A stretch of 64,000 bases of DNA from Eledone cirrhosa (GCA_964016885.1 OZ024741.1:237460001-237524000), one strand, 5' to 3'. Positions 37,322 through 49,477 are shown, numbered from the stretch's first letter. Made by a program: numbers and translations. The notes: generated by a model not told the origin, from the letters alone.

Positions 37322-40300
37322 TGTACACACACACATATATATACACACACACATATTCATAAATACATATGCATACACACACATGCACATATATAAATGA
37401 ATAAGTTGAAAGAGTAAACTTGGTTGAGATATGCCAAGTTTTAAAGTTCAATGCATTTCTACTATTTGCAAATATAATGAATATATATAACATACATAAA
37501 TATATGTAATATACGTTTAATGCTCCTTTCTCTCTAGAGGTCTTTGGTTCTTACATCTCACAACTTGTGTTGATGAGTATCACACTTGCATGGAGATTGA
37601 AGAATTCCTGTGACATAACAAATTGCTTGATTTCTTCAAGGAATATTCAAGCCATTCTAGCAGTTCAAATAGCTTCTCCAACATCATCCACAAACCATCT
37701 CACAGGACACTGGCACTGGGCCAATTTGCAACCATTGATGCTGGTACTAATCTATCACATCTCATGGTCAATCACTTTGACTTCCAAAAATAATCTAACC
37801 ATGTCAACAGCCCTGGAGTAAAATTTGTAGTGCATCTGAAGTGAATCAGGAGGTTGAAATTAACATGGTTTAATCCTCTCCTAATTTAAACATCATTACA
37901 AATATTGCTAAGAAATGTCTTTCTCTTGTAAGACATCACTTTCCAACAAGACATAAATCCCACAAATTTTTCAATGCACAAAATGTTATGGTTAACTATT
38001 CTTGTTTAGATAATACCATTTCTAGTATTACAGGATACATCCAAAAACATACCTGCACAGTCTCTAACCTAACAATCCATCTGCAATTGCTGAAATCATG
38101 TCAATTGCCTATTGAAGGGATTTGGCCTTTCCAACACCGTAGTATAAAGAACTACACTCATTCCACCAGATGGTAACTAGAGAACCTATACATGACTTAG
38201 AACCTATACATGACTTACTGCTAATGACTTCAAAGATCAGCATAACCAACAACTGAACTTCTTTAGATCTATGACAGGCCAAACTTCAGTTCCCTGTTCT
38301 GTTTCACTTGGAAGCTTAGAGATCAAGGATATCTCCACTGTAACCTGGAACATTGTTGATAGAGTTCCTCCATACACCAATTGATTTTGTAATTGCAAGT
38401 CAATGCCTGACTGACAAATTGCATATCTTGCGAAGTGGTGTGATAGCCCTTAACAAAAAGTCTAAAATGATCTCTAGTTGCTATCTCAGAGAAGCTTTTA
38501 TCCTTGGGTCAGTTCAAAGTGACTTGCTTGAAAAATAGTGCAGAGGAAAAAAAAAGGGGGGGGGGAGTTAACTCCCTTATTAACAGATGTTAATCAAGAT
38601 GGAGTTGCTTCCCCTATATTGGTGCAGTATCTGCTAATAATTGTTTCTACTTTTGGCACAAGGCCAGCAATTATCTCAGTGCATTACTGGTACTTTATTT
38701 TATTAGAGGAATTTGAACTCAGAACGAAAAGGGCCATAACTCTATGCTGGAAAGCATGGTGTCTGACGCTCTATCGATACTGCCAATCCACTGCCCTTGT
38801 ATAATATGACTTAGCAAAATGTTCTTAGGTAAAATTATGATGAAAGGTTTTAATTTAAATATGAATATTTTTAAAATGAGAAGTGAGTCCCAGGTTCAGC
38901 AGCAGTCTCAGGTCGTTGGTTATGAAATGGTTAAACAAACCCACAGCTTGAATGTTGTTCATCATAGTTCTGCTCAATCAGGGCTGAATATGAGACATAT
39001 ATCTGTCTATATTGAAATAAAATACCTTGACCGTCACATTGCCTTACCTGACAGTCATTGTAGACAAATATGGTAAGTTTTCTCTCATCAACCAAAACGA
39101 AAAAATATATATCGTTAAATAACTTCTTGCACAAAGTTTTTATATTAATCCTTTTGATACCAAACTGCCCTGGATCTATGATAAGAAAGCTGCTCATTTT
39201 AGAATGTTTATCCTTTTACCATAATTTTATTCAAAATTTTGTTAAGCAATGTTCTAAATTCTAGCTTACTAATGAAAAAGTAATTTGATTAAATTCCTAC
39301 AAATATATTATTATTTTCAAAATAAATTGAAACTCATAGGCAGTGTATTTCATTAGAAATACATTAATGAAAAGGTTTACTCTCTCACCTTTTTATTAAA
39401 TTGAAAAATACATAAGTTTGATGAGATAATACCAATACCTGAGAAATGGAAAAAAAAAAAAATATATATATATATAAACAGTTTGACAATGGTGCACTAC
39501 CAGCTCTTTCAAGATGAAAACACGTCTATGGAGGCCCTAAACATCATGGGCCCCATATTCCATTCTTCATAATGTTTTACTTTTCTCAAATGCACCCACA
39601 ACAGTATATATATATACACACACACATATATATGTGTATATATAAATATATGTATATATAAACATATATGTGTGTGTATATATATATATACATACACACA
39701 CACACACACACACATCATCATCATCATTTAATGTCCACTCTCCTTGCTAGCAAGGGTTCGACAAGTCTTCACAGACTGTGTCTGTACCAAGGCAGGGTCA
39801 CTAACCTCCCAGACAGGCTGAAGGTTTACATCCCAAGCAAATATGGTTCTTTACCTTTGACATAGCTGTATACATACAATAAGAGATGTGTGTTCAATTT
39901 CCATACATGCTGATGTCCAATTTTTCCATTATGGGTGTTTAAATATCCTGTTATTGGACTACATAGAAATAAATCTCTCCACTTTACCCTCCAGTATTGA
40001 GTGTTCAATCAGTTAATGTTTGAATGTATTTTAAACACACACACACATACGTATGTATGTTCGTTCTTCTGGTTTTATAATTTCATAATTTTTTACCAAT
40101 AGAGAGAGAGACGGTTTGTAACATAGATACAAGACTCTCTCATTGGAATTTACACAACATCAACTAGGTAGATATGTATGTCTGCATGCATGTGTGTACA
40201 GGTATGGATGTTACTGTATGTGTGGATGTGGATGTTTTGAGTTGTATGTGTGCATGTGCATATCCTTTGTATCTGTACATGTGTATATGCAGTTATTAAA

Positions 40301-40369
40301 TGCAAAATTTTTGGAATGTTTTACATATTTTTATTGTTCCATTAATGGATTGTACTTGTAATTTTCTAA

Positions 40370-42265
40370 CTAGTTGTGTTCTTTCTGTTTCTGTGAAGCC
40401 CAGCTTCTCATGATTTGTATTAAGGCAGTTACCCAATAATCACAGGCATAAATCTGAAGGTATAGTCAGGGTGGAGTATCTGCAGATTTCTCATTAGTTC
40501 TGCATAACTATTCTCCTTTTCGCTAATCTTTGATATTATATTGGCATCTGCTGGGCAGCTAACTTCCAATACTGTGCATGACTTCTTTTCCCTGTCCCAT
40601 ATCATTATATCTGGTCTGTTATGCCTGCACTTTATTGGGATTTTTACTGGAACATTCCACCAGTACTCTTTCATATTATGTATATGTATGTCTTCCACAT
40701 TACTGTAGCTTTTAATGCATTTGTCATCGGGGCTATCTTTTCTATGGATTGCATTGTACAGTGTTTTGGCCACTACATCATGCCTCATAAGTAGATAGTA
40801 CCGGGATGACATCTTTGGACAGCTGCTTATGACATGGGTGACATCTTCAATGTTAATGCTGCAGAGTCTGCACTTGTTATCACATCTAGGTGTTTTGCCT
40901 GCATCCCTATCTCTTTTGTGAATCAGGTATTTCGTGTTGATTTCCTGTTCTTGGATTGCAAAAGCATATCCTTCAAAGTGGGAGCCAATATAGCAGTTGT
41001 TGGTCCAAGATAGACTACTTTGTTTATCTATATTACTCTCTCTCTCTGGAGCTTCCTGGCAACATATCCATGCATGATTTTTTGCTGATAAGCATCCAGT
41101 TTTTCATCCATGGATTCACTGAGGTACTGCTGAACACCTTCCCTGGGTGTGAGTTTTTGATTATCTTATCACACAGGGAATATCTTTCAAGGAGTTCCTT
41201 CCCAACTCTCATGATCTTATCTGTCTCATGCAGATAGACTTGCTCAAGAGGCGGGCTCCTACGCTCCGAGGTTCGTAGATGTTGTCAGAGGGACATTCAA
41301 ATGCTGTCTGGACTGATGTTAGGCCTCTGCCTCCCTGCTTACTTTTCAAGTAGAGGCAGTCTATGACACTGTTGATGTGGAAGTTTTCAGTGTTGGTTCG
41401 TATTTTTCGAGTCCTAACATCAACTGCTCGGATTTTGTCTATCGTCCAATTGAGTATTCCAAACGTTGGTGTTAGGACAGGCACAGCAAACACATTGTGA
41501 ACCACTGTTTTATTGTGGGCAGAGAGTTCCGATGACCATATTTTTCTTAAACTGGTGTAATATTCCCTGCTTACGTGTTCCTTATTACAGATACCATTAG
41601 AGGATATGTTCTCATCTATCCTCAGGTATCTATAGCAGTCCTCATCAGATATTGGTGAAACAGTTAGGCCATTGATGACAATGTTGCTAGATTGGGTTGT
41701 TGTTTTTCCCCATTTTACAATCATATATGAACATTTATCTTGGCCAAACTCCATTCCTATATCCTTTGAGAATGTTGTGACCAGGTCAAGAATTTTCTTC
41801 ATCCCATCTATGTTCTTGGCATAGAGTTTCAGATCATCCACAGAGAAATTATGGGTTAAGTTCGTATTTCTGTCCTCCTATGAGCCAATAATGTATCCTT
41901 CACATTTCTTGAGCAGAAAGGACAAGGGGTTTGTTTAATGACAGGATAAATAATATCACAGAGAGACTGTTTCCTTGAAATTACCCCTGTGATATCTTAT
42001 TTTATCAGTGAAAATAGAGTCCTCTTTCTCTGTTTTTAACTTTAGGATAGTAGCTCAAGAAGAAGACAGCTTCTCTATGGCTCTGATAATAATGTCTGGG
42101 ACTTTAGCAAATTGGAGGGCCTCTATCATCCAAAAGTGGGGGACAGAATCGAAAGCTTTCCTGTAGTCCAGCCAGACTGTAGCCATATTCCTCCTAAGTT
42201 GTCGCACCTCCGACATCGCAGTTTTGTTGATTAGGAGTTGTTCAGCACACCCCCAAACCCCTTTC
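40370..42265 (-). mobile_element. R4/Dong-like non-LTR retrotransposon relic (RT, CCHC knuckle, restriction-like endonuclease)
   Basis: WLDYRKAFDSVPH, DDLKLYAK, FSKDIGMEFGQDKC, GGRGL, CRLC...HVISSC, RHDVVAK and RPDIMIWD...LEVSCP; frameshifted and 5'-truncated. Confidence 0.85.
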
Positions 42266-42326
42266 TATGTATGTATGTATATGTAAATATATACATACAT
42301 ATACAATTTTTTTTTATTAATTGCAG

Positions 42327-42380
42327 CATTTGTCGCAGCTGGAATACAATCATGACTAACTCGTGTCGGGAAATAAACAG
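42327..42380 (+). other. Probable 54-nt upstream exon of ZNF-B
   Basis: T-tract plus ttgcag acceptor (ends 42326) and consensus cag|gtgagt donor (42381); next strong pyrimidine tract plus tag ends at 43083, 164 nt before the ATG. Confidence 0.65.
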
Positions 42381-43247
42381 GTGAGTAATTCTTATTTGTT
42401 TTGATTTGATGGTTTTTGTCAGTAATTAGTAGCTACAAAACGTTAACAAATTGGAATAAATTATTTTGCTGTGAGGATGAAGAGAAGTCTAATGGTTTGA
42501 GCAAAGCTCTTTGCTTGGAGAGAGTTGATTTTTTTTACTGATAGTTTTGGATAAATAGATTGGGAGTAGTGAGTGTGAGAGAAATATTTTAACACTGGTA
42601 GGGGTGATAACAAGTGGTAACAAGTAAGGAGAATATTAACAGGATTGCTAGTAGGTTTGAAAAATGAAGAGGGTCAGCTTTGTCAGTTTTATTTTATTTT
42701 AACCATCAAAAAGGAAGGAGCCATAAGAATAAATGTATTGTAAAGTAATTGCTTGGTGAAAGAGGAAAAAATCACACTTTGTCAACACAGAAAATAGAAA
42801 AGAAATCAAATCCACTATTATATAGGAGTCATGATAATAAGAAATGTATGAAGTGGCTATGTAGGTGTCTTGTCACTGAGTAGAAAGAAGTGGTGATGCA
42901 TAGTGGGCAGAAATGTTGAATATATGTAAAAAATAAAAAAAATAAACAGCTGCAGAGTTAGTATGTGTGGGCATGTATGTTTAACCAACAATAAATTTAT
43001 GTTTAACCAACAATAAATTTGAAAACTTTTTTGAAATGTCTGCTTTTTCTTTCTTTCCTTTTCTTTTCATTTTTATATTTTAGATTCCAAGATTCAAACT
43101 GTGAAACAAAAACCAGCTGGAGGTATTTGATTTCTGGTGGATTATTCTTTACAAAGTTTTGAAGTAAAAGAAAAAAATTACAATACATCTTAGCTTTTTG
43201 AAGTTTAGTTTGTTGTCTTTAGTTGATGTTTCATTGCTGATCTTAAC

Positions 43248-46200
43248 ATGGAGCAATATACAGATAAGAAGACTTTGTGTTCAAAGATTTGTGGACAAGA
43301 TTGTCCACAAAGACATAGTTTGCAGATGCAAAAATTCCCAAACATAATAGAGAAGCCAGCATTTCCTATTGATATTTATGGCAGACACACTTTACCGATC
43401 ACAATGCCATACCCAGTTGATAACACAGCATTTTATACCAATATGTATTTGAAAGAATTTGCCCAAAGATCTTCCTTACATTTACCCCATCTTGTTGAAA
43501 AAGCTTTCCATTCAAATTTGTACTCAAAAGAACTAGCTCAAAGACATTCATATTTATCACAAAGAATGGCTTCTGGCCTTGACAAAACTGTGCAGAACAA
43601 TGACCTATATTCCAAAGATCTTTCTCTGAGATACGCTAAATCTCAGGTTCAAAAATCTCGTTCCACAACAAGTGGCAAGACAGCTCAGAGCGATGTTTAT
43701 CCAAAAGATTACTCTCAGCGACTTCCAACATCACAAGTGTCCAGAAGTCAAGACAACACCAACAAAATCTACCAAAATAGCAGTTACAAAGATGTGTCCT
43801 CTAATAGTACAGCACTACAGTCTACAACGTCTTCTCCAGAAAACACCAAAGTTTCATCTCAGATTAACTATTCTAAAGAAACAATACAAAGGTACACATA
43901 TCCCATACAAAAGCAAATATCCCAGAAGTCATCATCCCATCGCAGACTCAATAGGGAACATTCCCAGAGTATGAAAACATCTAAATTTTATCTTAATTCT
44001 GAAAACACAAGTGACAATAAACATTACAGCAAAGATCTCACAGAGAAACGAAATACTGTTAAAGACATGTCTTTAGTAAACAGTAGCAATAGCATTGCTA
44101 GCATCAGGTATGATAGTAAAAATTTCTCTCCTACTAATCATCATTACACTTCTAAGTCTCAGATAAGTGAAGCACATCAAGTCAATGACAGAAGTATTTA
44201 CAGCAAAGACTACAGTAACCCACCAATATCTGTTCACAGCAGCTTTGTACGAGACAAGAGTTTACCCAGCTGGTATCATTTCATGCCAAACAAACATGTT
44301 CAAACCCTTCAATCCAGCATTTACAATAAAGAAATAAATGATAGTTTCAATTACCAAAATGTTCCATTAGATGTGTCAAAAAAATCAATGCTCAACAATC
44401 TTAGTTCCAATGATCTTCTCACTGAAACAACTTACAATTCCTCTTCTGTGTTGTCTTCTAATGCAGTAGTTCAAGATAAAGAACTCAATCTGGTTAATAA
44501 TAAAAGAGATGATCATTCTGCAGACTTTAATCTGGTTAATAATAAAAGAGACAACAATTCTATGGAATTTAATCTGGTTAATAATAAAAGAGATGACCAT
44601 TCTATGGAGTTTAATCTGGTTAATAATAAAAGGGATGACCATTCTATGGAGTTTAATCTGGTTAATAATAAAAGGGATGACCATTCTATGGAGTTTAATC
44701 TGGTTAATAATAAAAGGGATGACCATTCTATGGAGTTTAATCTGGTTAATAATAAAAGAGATGACCATTCTGTAGACTTTAATCTGGTTAACAATAAAAG
44801 AGATGTCCATTCTGCAGACTTTAATCTGGTTAATAATAAAAGAGATGTCCATTCTGCAGACTTTAATCTAGCTAACAATAAAAGAGATGTCCATTCTGCA
44901 GACTTTAATCTGGTTAACAATAAAAGAGATGTCCATTCTGCAGACTTTAATCTAGCTAACAATAAAAGAGATGTCCATTCTGCAGACTTTAATCTGGTTA
45001 ACAATAAAAGAGATGTCCATTCTGCAGACTTTAATCTGGTTAATAATAAAAGAGATGTCCATTCTGCAGACTTTAATCTGGTTAACAATAAAAGAGATGT
45101 CCATTCTGCAGACTTTAATCTGGTTAACAATAAAAGAGATGTCCATTCTGCAGACTTTAATCTGGTTAACAATAAAAGAGATGTCCATTCTGTAGACTTT
45201 AATCTGGCTAACAATAAAAGGGATGACCATTCTATGGAGTTTAATCTGGTTAACAATAAAAGGGATTACCATTCTGCAGACTTTAATCTGGCTAACAATA
45301 AAAGGGATGACCATTCTATGGAGTTTAATCTAGCTAACAATAAAAGGGATGACCATTCTGCAGACTTTAATCTGGTTAACAATAAAAGAGATGATCATTC
45401 TGTCAATTTTAATCAACAGTCATTCAGTCCGGTGCTTACAGACTTAGATAAGAAACCTGCAGATTTCCTCAAAACTTCTATTGAGAAGGAATTTCTACCA
45501 GAATCTTTGGATCCACCAATGCAGTTATCTCTAGAAAATAATTCCAACAATGATGATGAAAAGCCATCTCTAACTCATATGGATAGTTACAATGATTGTT
45601 CACTGACAAATACTTCATTCCTAGAAAGTTCTGAGTTACAAGATGATGATTTTAAAAATAACAAACCATTTCAAACGACCACAGACACTAATTATTCTTC
45701 CCTCATGCCAAATAGTCATGATTCTAATTTTCAATCCAAATGCAATGGCTCCACAGTGAAAAGTTTCCAATGTAAGATCTGTCTGAAGCAGTTTGCTCAG
45801 CGTTACTACTTACAAATCCACCATCGGATACACACAGGAGAGAAACCTTTTCACTGTGATCTCTGTCCAAAACAGTTTGTCCGTAAAGATTCTCTACAAA
45901 TTCACAGACGCTCCCACACAGGAGAAAGACCATTTCAGTGTGATATTTGTTTGAAACATTTTGCACAAAAGCATTATCTACTGATTCATGAAAAAACCCA
46001 CAGTAACGAAAAGCCATTCAAGTGTGATATATGCTTTAAACATTTTGCTCAGAGACATTACTTGCAGGTCCATCAAAAGACACATACAAGCCAAAAACAT
46101 TATGAATGTGATATTTGTAACGAACAGTTTACTCATAAAGATTACCTCCAAATTCACAGGCGCAGTCATACAGGTGAGAAACCATTTCAGTGTGATATGT

Positions 46201-47258
46201 GTATTCAGAAATTTTCACGTAAAGATACATTAGTTATTCACAGACGAATTCACACAGGTGAAAAGCCATTCGAGTGTAATTTTTGTCACAAGATGTTTTC
46301 ACAAAGAAGCAAATTGCATATTCATAAACGGACACATATTCGCAAGAAATCACATCAGTGCAATGTGTGCCAGAAGCAGTTTGCTCAGCGTTATTATCTG
46401 CACATTCACATGCAGTCACACTCCGATGAGAAACCTTTCAAATGTAGTTACTGTCAAAAACCATTTGCACAGAAATATTATCTTCATATTCATCAACGGG
46501 TTCATACTGGGGAGAAACCTTTCAGTTGTGACATCTGCCTGAAGCGTTTTGCTCGTAGAGATACTCTTCAAGTACACAAACGAACGCATACAGGGGAAAA
46601 ACCATTCCAATGTGAGATCTGTAACCAACTGTTTGCCCAGAAAGATAAACTTCAAATCCATAAGCGTACACACTCGGGAGAAAAGCCATTTTGTTGTGAT
46701 TATTGTAACAGGCAATTTTCACAGCGAAATACATTACAACTTCATCTTCGAATTCACACCGGAGAAAAGCCTTTCAAATGTGAAATCTGTCACAAGAACT
46801 TTGCTCAGCGGAACTACTTAGTAATTCATAGGAGAACACACACAGGAGAAAAACCATTCCATTGTGAGAAATGTGGTCAGAAATTTGCTCGCCAAGATAC
46901 ACTGCAGATACACTTGCGTACTCATATGGGAATCCATCCTGTCCCTTGTGATATCTGTGGTAGGAAGTTCATAAACATGGAGAAGCTGCAAATCCATAAA
47001 GATTCTGTTCATGATAGCGGCAGCAGTGACAATGGTAATGAGAATGAGGGCAATGCTGATCAGAAGGAGAAAGAACTGACTATGTTGTGTAATGTATCTC
47101 CAAAGACTGAAGAATATGTATTACAGGAAGGTGGAGATATTGTGTCAGCAGACACTGCAGGAGCAGAAGAAGGAGAACAAGGAGAGGGAGGAGATAAAAC
47201 TGAGAAACCTATTCATGAGTTTCCACCAGTCACAAACTATCTGTGGCACACTATTTAA
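43248..47258 (+). CDS. C2H2 zinc-finger protein ZNF-B, 1336 aa, with internal 14-aa tandem repeat, 15 C2H2 fingers and an acidic tail
   Basis: Uninterrupted 4011-nt ORF; fingers at 45765-47012 with TGEKP-type linkers; PLDVS (PxDLS-like) at 44364-44378. Confidence 0.95.
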   Translation: MEQYTDKKTLCSKICGQDCPQRHSLQMQKFPNIIEKPAFPIDIYGRHTLPITMPYPVDNTAFYTNMYLKEFAQRSSLHLPHLVEKAFHSNLYSKELAQRHSYLSQRMASGLDKTVQNNDLYSKDLSLRYAKSQVQKSRSTTSGKTAQSDVYPKDYSQRLPTSQVSRSQDNTNKIYQNSSYKDVSSNSTALQSTTSSPENTKVSSQINYSKETIQRYTYPIQKQISQKSSSHRRLNREHSQSMKTSKFYLNSENTSDNKHYSKDLTEKRNTVKDMSLVNSSNSIASIRYDSKNFSPTNHHYTSKSQISEAHQVNDRSIYSKDYSNPPISVHSSFVRDKSLPSWYHFMPNKHVQTLQSSIYNKEINDSFNYQNVPLDVSKKSMLNNLSSNDLLTETTYNSSSVLSSNAVVQDKELNLVNNKRDDHSADFNLVNNKRDNNSMEFNLVNNKRDDHSMEFNLVNNKRDDHSMEFNLVNNKRDDHSMEFNLVNNKRDDHSMEFNLVNNKRDDHSVDFNLVNNKRDVHSADFNLVNNKRDVHSADFNLANNKRDVHSADFNLVNNKRDVHSADFNLANNKRDVHSADFNLVNNKRDVHSADFNLVNNKRDVHSADFNLVNNKRDVHSADFNLVNNKRDVHSADFNLVNNKRDVHSVDFNLANNKRDDHSMEFNLVNNKRDYHSADFNLANNKRDDHSMEFNLANNKRDDHSADFNLVNNKRDDHSVNFNQQSFSPVLTDLDKKPADFLKTSIEKEFLPESLDPPMQLSLENNSNNDDEKPSLTHMDSYNDCSLTNTSFLESSELQDDDFKNNKPFQTTTDTNYSSLMPNSHDSNFQSKCNGSTVKSFQCKICLKQFAQRYYLQIHHRIHTGEKPFHCDLCPKQFVRKDSLQIHRRSHTGERPFQCDICLKHFAQKHYLLIHEKTHSNEKPFKCDICFKHFAQRHYLQVHQKTHTSQKHYECDICNEQFTHKDYLQIHRRSHTGEKPFQCDMCIQKFSRKDTLVIHRRIHTGEKPFECNFCHKMFSQRSKLHIHKRTHIRKKSHQCNVCQKQFAQRYYLHIHMQSHSDEKPFKCSYCQKPFAQKYYLHIHQRVHTGEKPFSCDICLKRFARRDTLQVHKRTHTGEKPFQCEICNQLFAQKDKLQIHKRTHSGEKPFCCDYCNRQFSQRNTLQLHLRIHTGEKPFKCEICHKNFAQRNYLVIHRRTHTGEKPFHCEKCGQKFARQDTLQIHLRTHMGIHPVPCDICGRKFINMEKLQIHKDSVHDSGSSDNGNENEGNADQKEKELTMLCNVSPKTEEYVLQEGGDIVSADTAGAEEGEQGEGGDKTEKPIHEFPPVTNYLWHTI
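44484..45407 (+). repeat. Coding minisatellite, 22 x 42 bp, consensus FNL[VA]NNKRD[DV]HS[AMV][DE]
   Basis: Exactly 924 nt = 22 in-frame units with no indels. Confidence 0.98.
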
Positions 47259-47480
47259 TTGTGTAATTATTGTCTCATTCACTAACTAACTGTGGCAGTA
47301 TTTAACTGTGTAACCACCATCACAGTCACAAACAACCCATGGCACAATATTTAATTGTGTAATCATTGTCACAGTCACTAACTACTTGTGTCTCATCACA
47401 GTCACAAACTACCTGTGACATAGTATTTAACTGTTTAACCGACATCACAGTCACAAACTATTTGTGACACAATTTTTAAC
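47228..47480 (+). repeat. Degenerate ~48-bp tandem repeat overlapping the ZNF-B stop codon
   Basis: About 6 units starting ca(g/t)tcac(a/t)aac, most followed by tatttaa(t/c)tgt. Confidence 0.8.
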
Positions 47481-48556
47481 ATATACTGTCTCCTCTCTCT
47501 ACCTTTCCAATCACTGCTACTATGGTCTCGTTCCTTGGATCTAGCTGGTTTTGTGCCACCTCTGCTCCTCTCGCCACCCATATTGTACCTCTATTATGTT
47601 CACTCCCTAGGCCTCCCACACTAACCATTGCACTTAGTCCTTCTTCCCCAGAACATTGAATTTCTGCCCTGCACAGGTTTTTTTTTTCCTGCAGCCATAA
47701 CTTGCAATTATTCTAGAGAAACATTAACTGCATCTATTTCACTAGTCAGTGAAGGCCAGTGAAAGCCATGGGCATAACCTTTTCCTCCCAACCAAACCAA
47801 TAAAAAAAGAACAACAAAAACTGTGTAGCCCTCATCACAGCCACAAAATACTTTCAGCATGCTCCCATGGAATGCCATCAAACTATGTAACTCTCCTTAA
47901 CTGTCTTCAAATATGTAGCTGTTATTGTTGTTTTTTCTCACTATCACATTACCAATATATGCTGGCTCAAATTGTTGGTACACTGCTGTATTTCTCATAC
48001 ACCTACACACACCCATATATACACATGGACATGCACATGCATATAATACCATATATACATACATACAAAGTTAAATATTATATATACATATATACGTCAT
48101 TATATTAAAATAGTACATTTATCATGGTTAGGGTGTTCAGCTCATACTTGTACGGTCATGAGTTTGATTCCCAGTCATTTATTGTGTCCTTGAGCAAGAC
48201 ACTTTATTTCACATTGCTCCAGTTCACTCAGCTGGTAAAAATGAGTTGCGCATGTAATTCAAAGAACTAGCCTTGTCACACAGCATGTCATACTGAATAT
48301 CCCTAGGAATTACATTAAGGGTTCACGTATCTGTGGAATTCTCAGCCACTTGCATGTTAATTTCATAAGCAGGCTGTTCCATTGTTTGAACAACTGGAAC
48401 ATGTCGTCAGAATGGACAGAGGTCTAATGTATACACGTTTCATAATTTTGGTAGTTATAGTTGTTCCACATTAATATTTGCTGATCTGCATACACACACA
48501 GCAAACATGAACATATTGCACATGTATATATAGGCAACCACACACACACACACACT

Positions 48557-48604
<48 letters not shown>

Positions 48605-48781
48605 CAAATATATATATATATACATATATTTAGTAAGCCAAAGTCAATGAGACAAAAGAGTACTCTGTTGTGTTGGTATAATGTGATAAATCAAATGGAA
48701 AATGTTATTTCTTTCTATTAGTGTTTTGTCCTGTTTTACACTCAAACACACATACACACGCATGCACACACACATACATAC

Positions 48782-48830
<49 letters not shown>

Positions 48831-48926
48831 TTATAAAAATATTTGCTTGTTGTATCCCAACAATTTAAATAGAACTTCTACATATATATATATATTTATA
48901 TAGGCAAGCATATGCATGTATATTTG

Positions 48927-48980
<54 letters not shown>

Positions 48981-48985
<5 letters not shown>

Positions 48986-49477
48986 AACGAGTAGGACCCC
49001 GACGGCTGAGCTCAAGCCGTTTCGACGGCTAATTCTGGACTAAATGAACATTTTTATCCTGGTATATGAATAGCCGAGCTTCTCAGGGGGTAATTCCATA
49101 TATGATAAAAGTGATTATCACAAGGATTGGTCAAAAGTTTGTTGTTGAGACACATAATTCTATCATGGCAATTTGTGGAAGGAATGGTTAGCTGAACCTG
49201 CCAGTAGAAGAAAGAGGGAGAGGGAGTGGAGGAAACCGAGTCGTGCGTTGATAGTGCCAACTACAGCAGGGCAGGAGGTCAAGCAAGTATACTAGGGAGG
49301 GGGGGGGGGAAGTCGAAACAATAAGTAAATCAATATTTAGTCCAGAATTAGCCGTCGAAACGGCTTGAGCTCAGCTGTCGGGGTCCTACTCATTCCTATT
49401 ACCCACTCTACTACCCTAAGTATTGAGTACTTTGGTGCGTTATGGTCCACCTGGTTCCTTACCACATTTCCTTCATT
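48981..49477. mobile_element. Foldback mini-element B2 with a full-length type I hammerhead on the minus strand (48996-49091)
   Basis: 65-bp arms at 48981-49045 and 49335-49399 (2 CpG transitions), 78-nt tail, (TA)n flanks and a flanking direct repeat. Confidence 0.85.

Noticed and set aside
37520-38630. Higher-complexity stretch that might be a decayed coding sequence (FVDDV, WKGQIP on minus)
   Set aside because: Too degenerate to assign by eye; needs a tBLASTx or HMM search.
44385-45314. Antisense and alternative-frame ORFs up to 247 aa over the 42-bp repeat
   Set aside because: A by-product of a stop-free repeat unit; they start and end with the array.
44484-45407. CRISPR-like appearance of regularly spaced repeats (also 1176-1500)
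   Set aside because: Head-to-tail units with no unique spacers, no cas genes, eukaryotic context.
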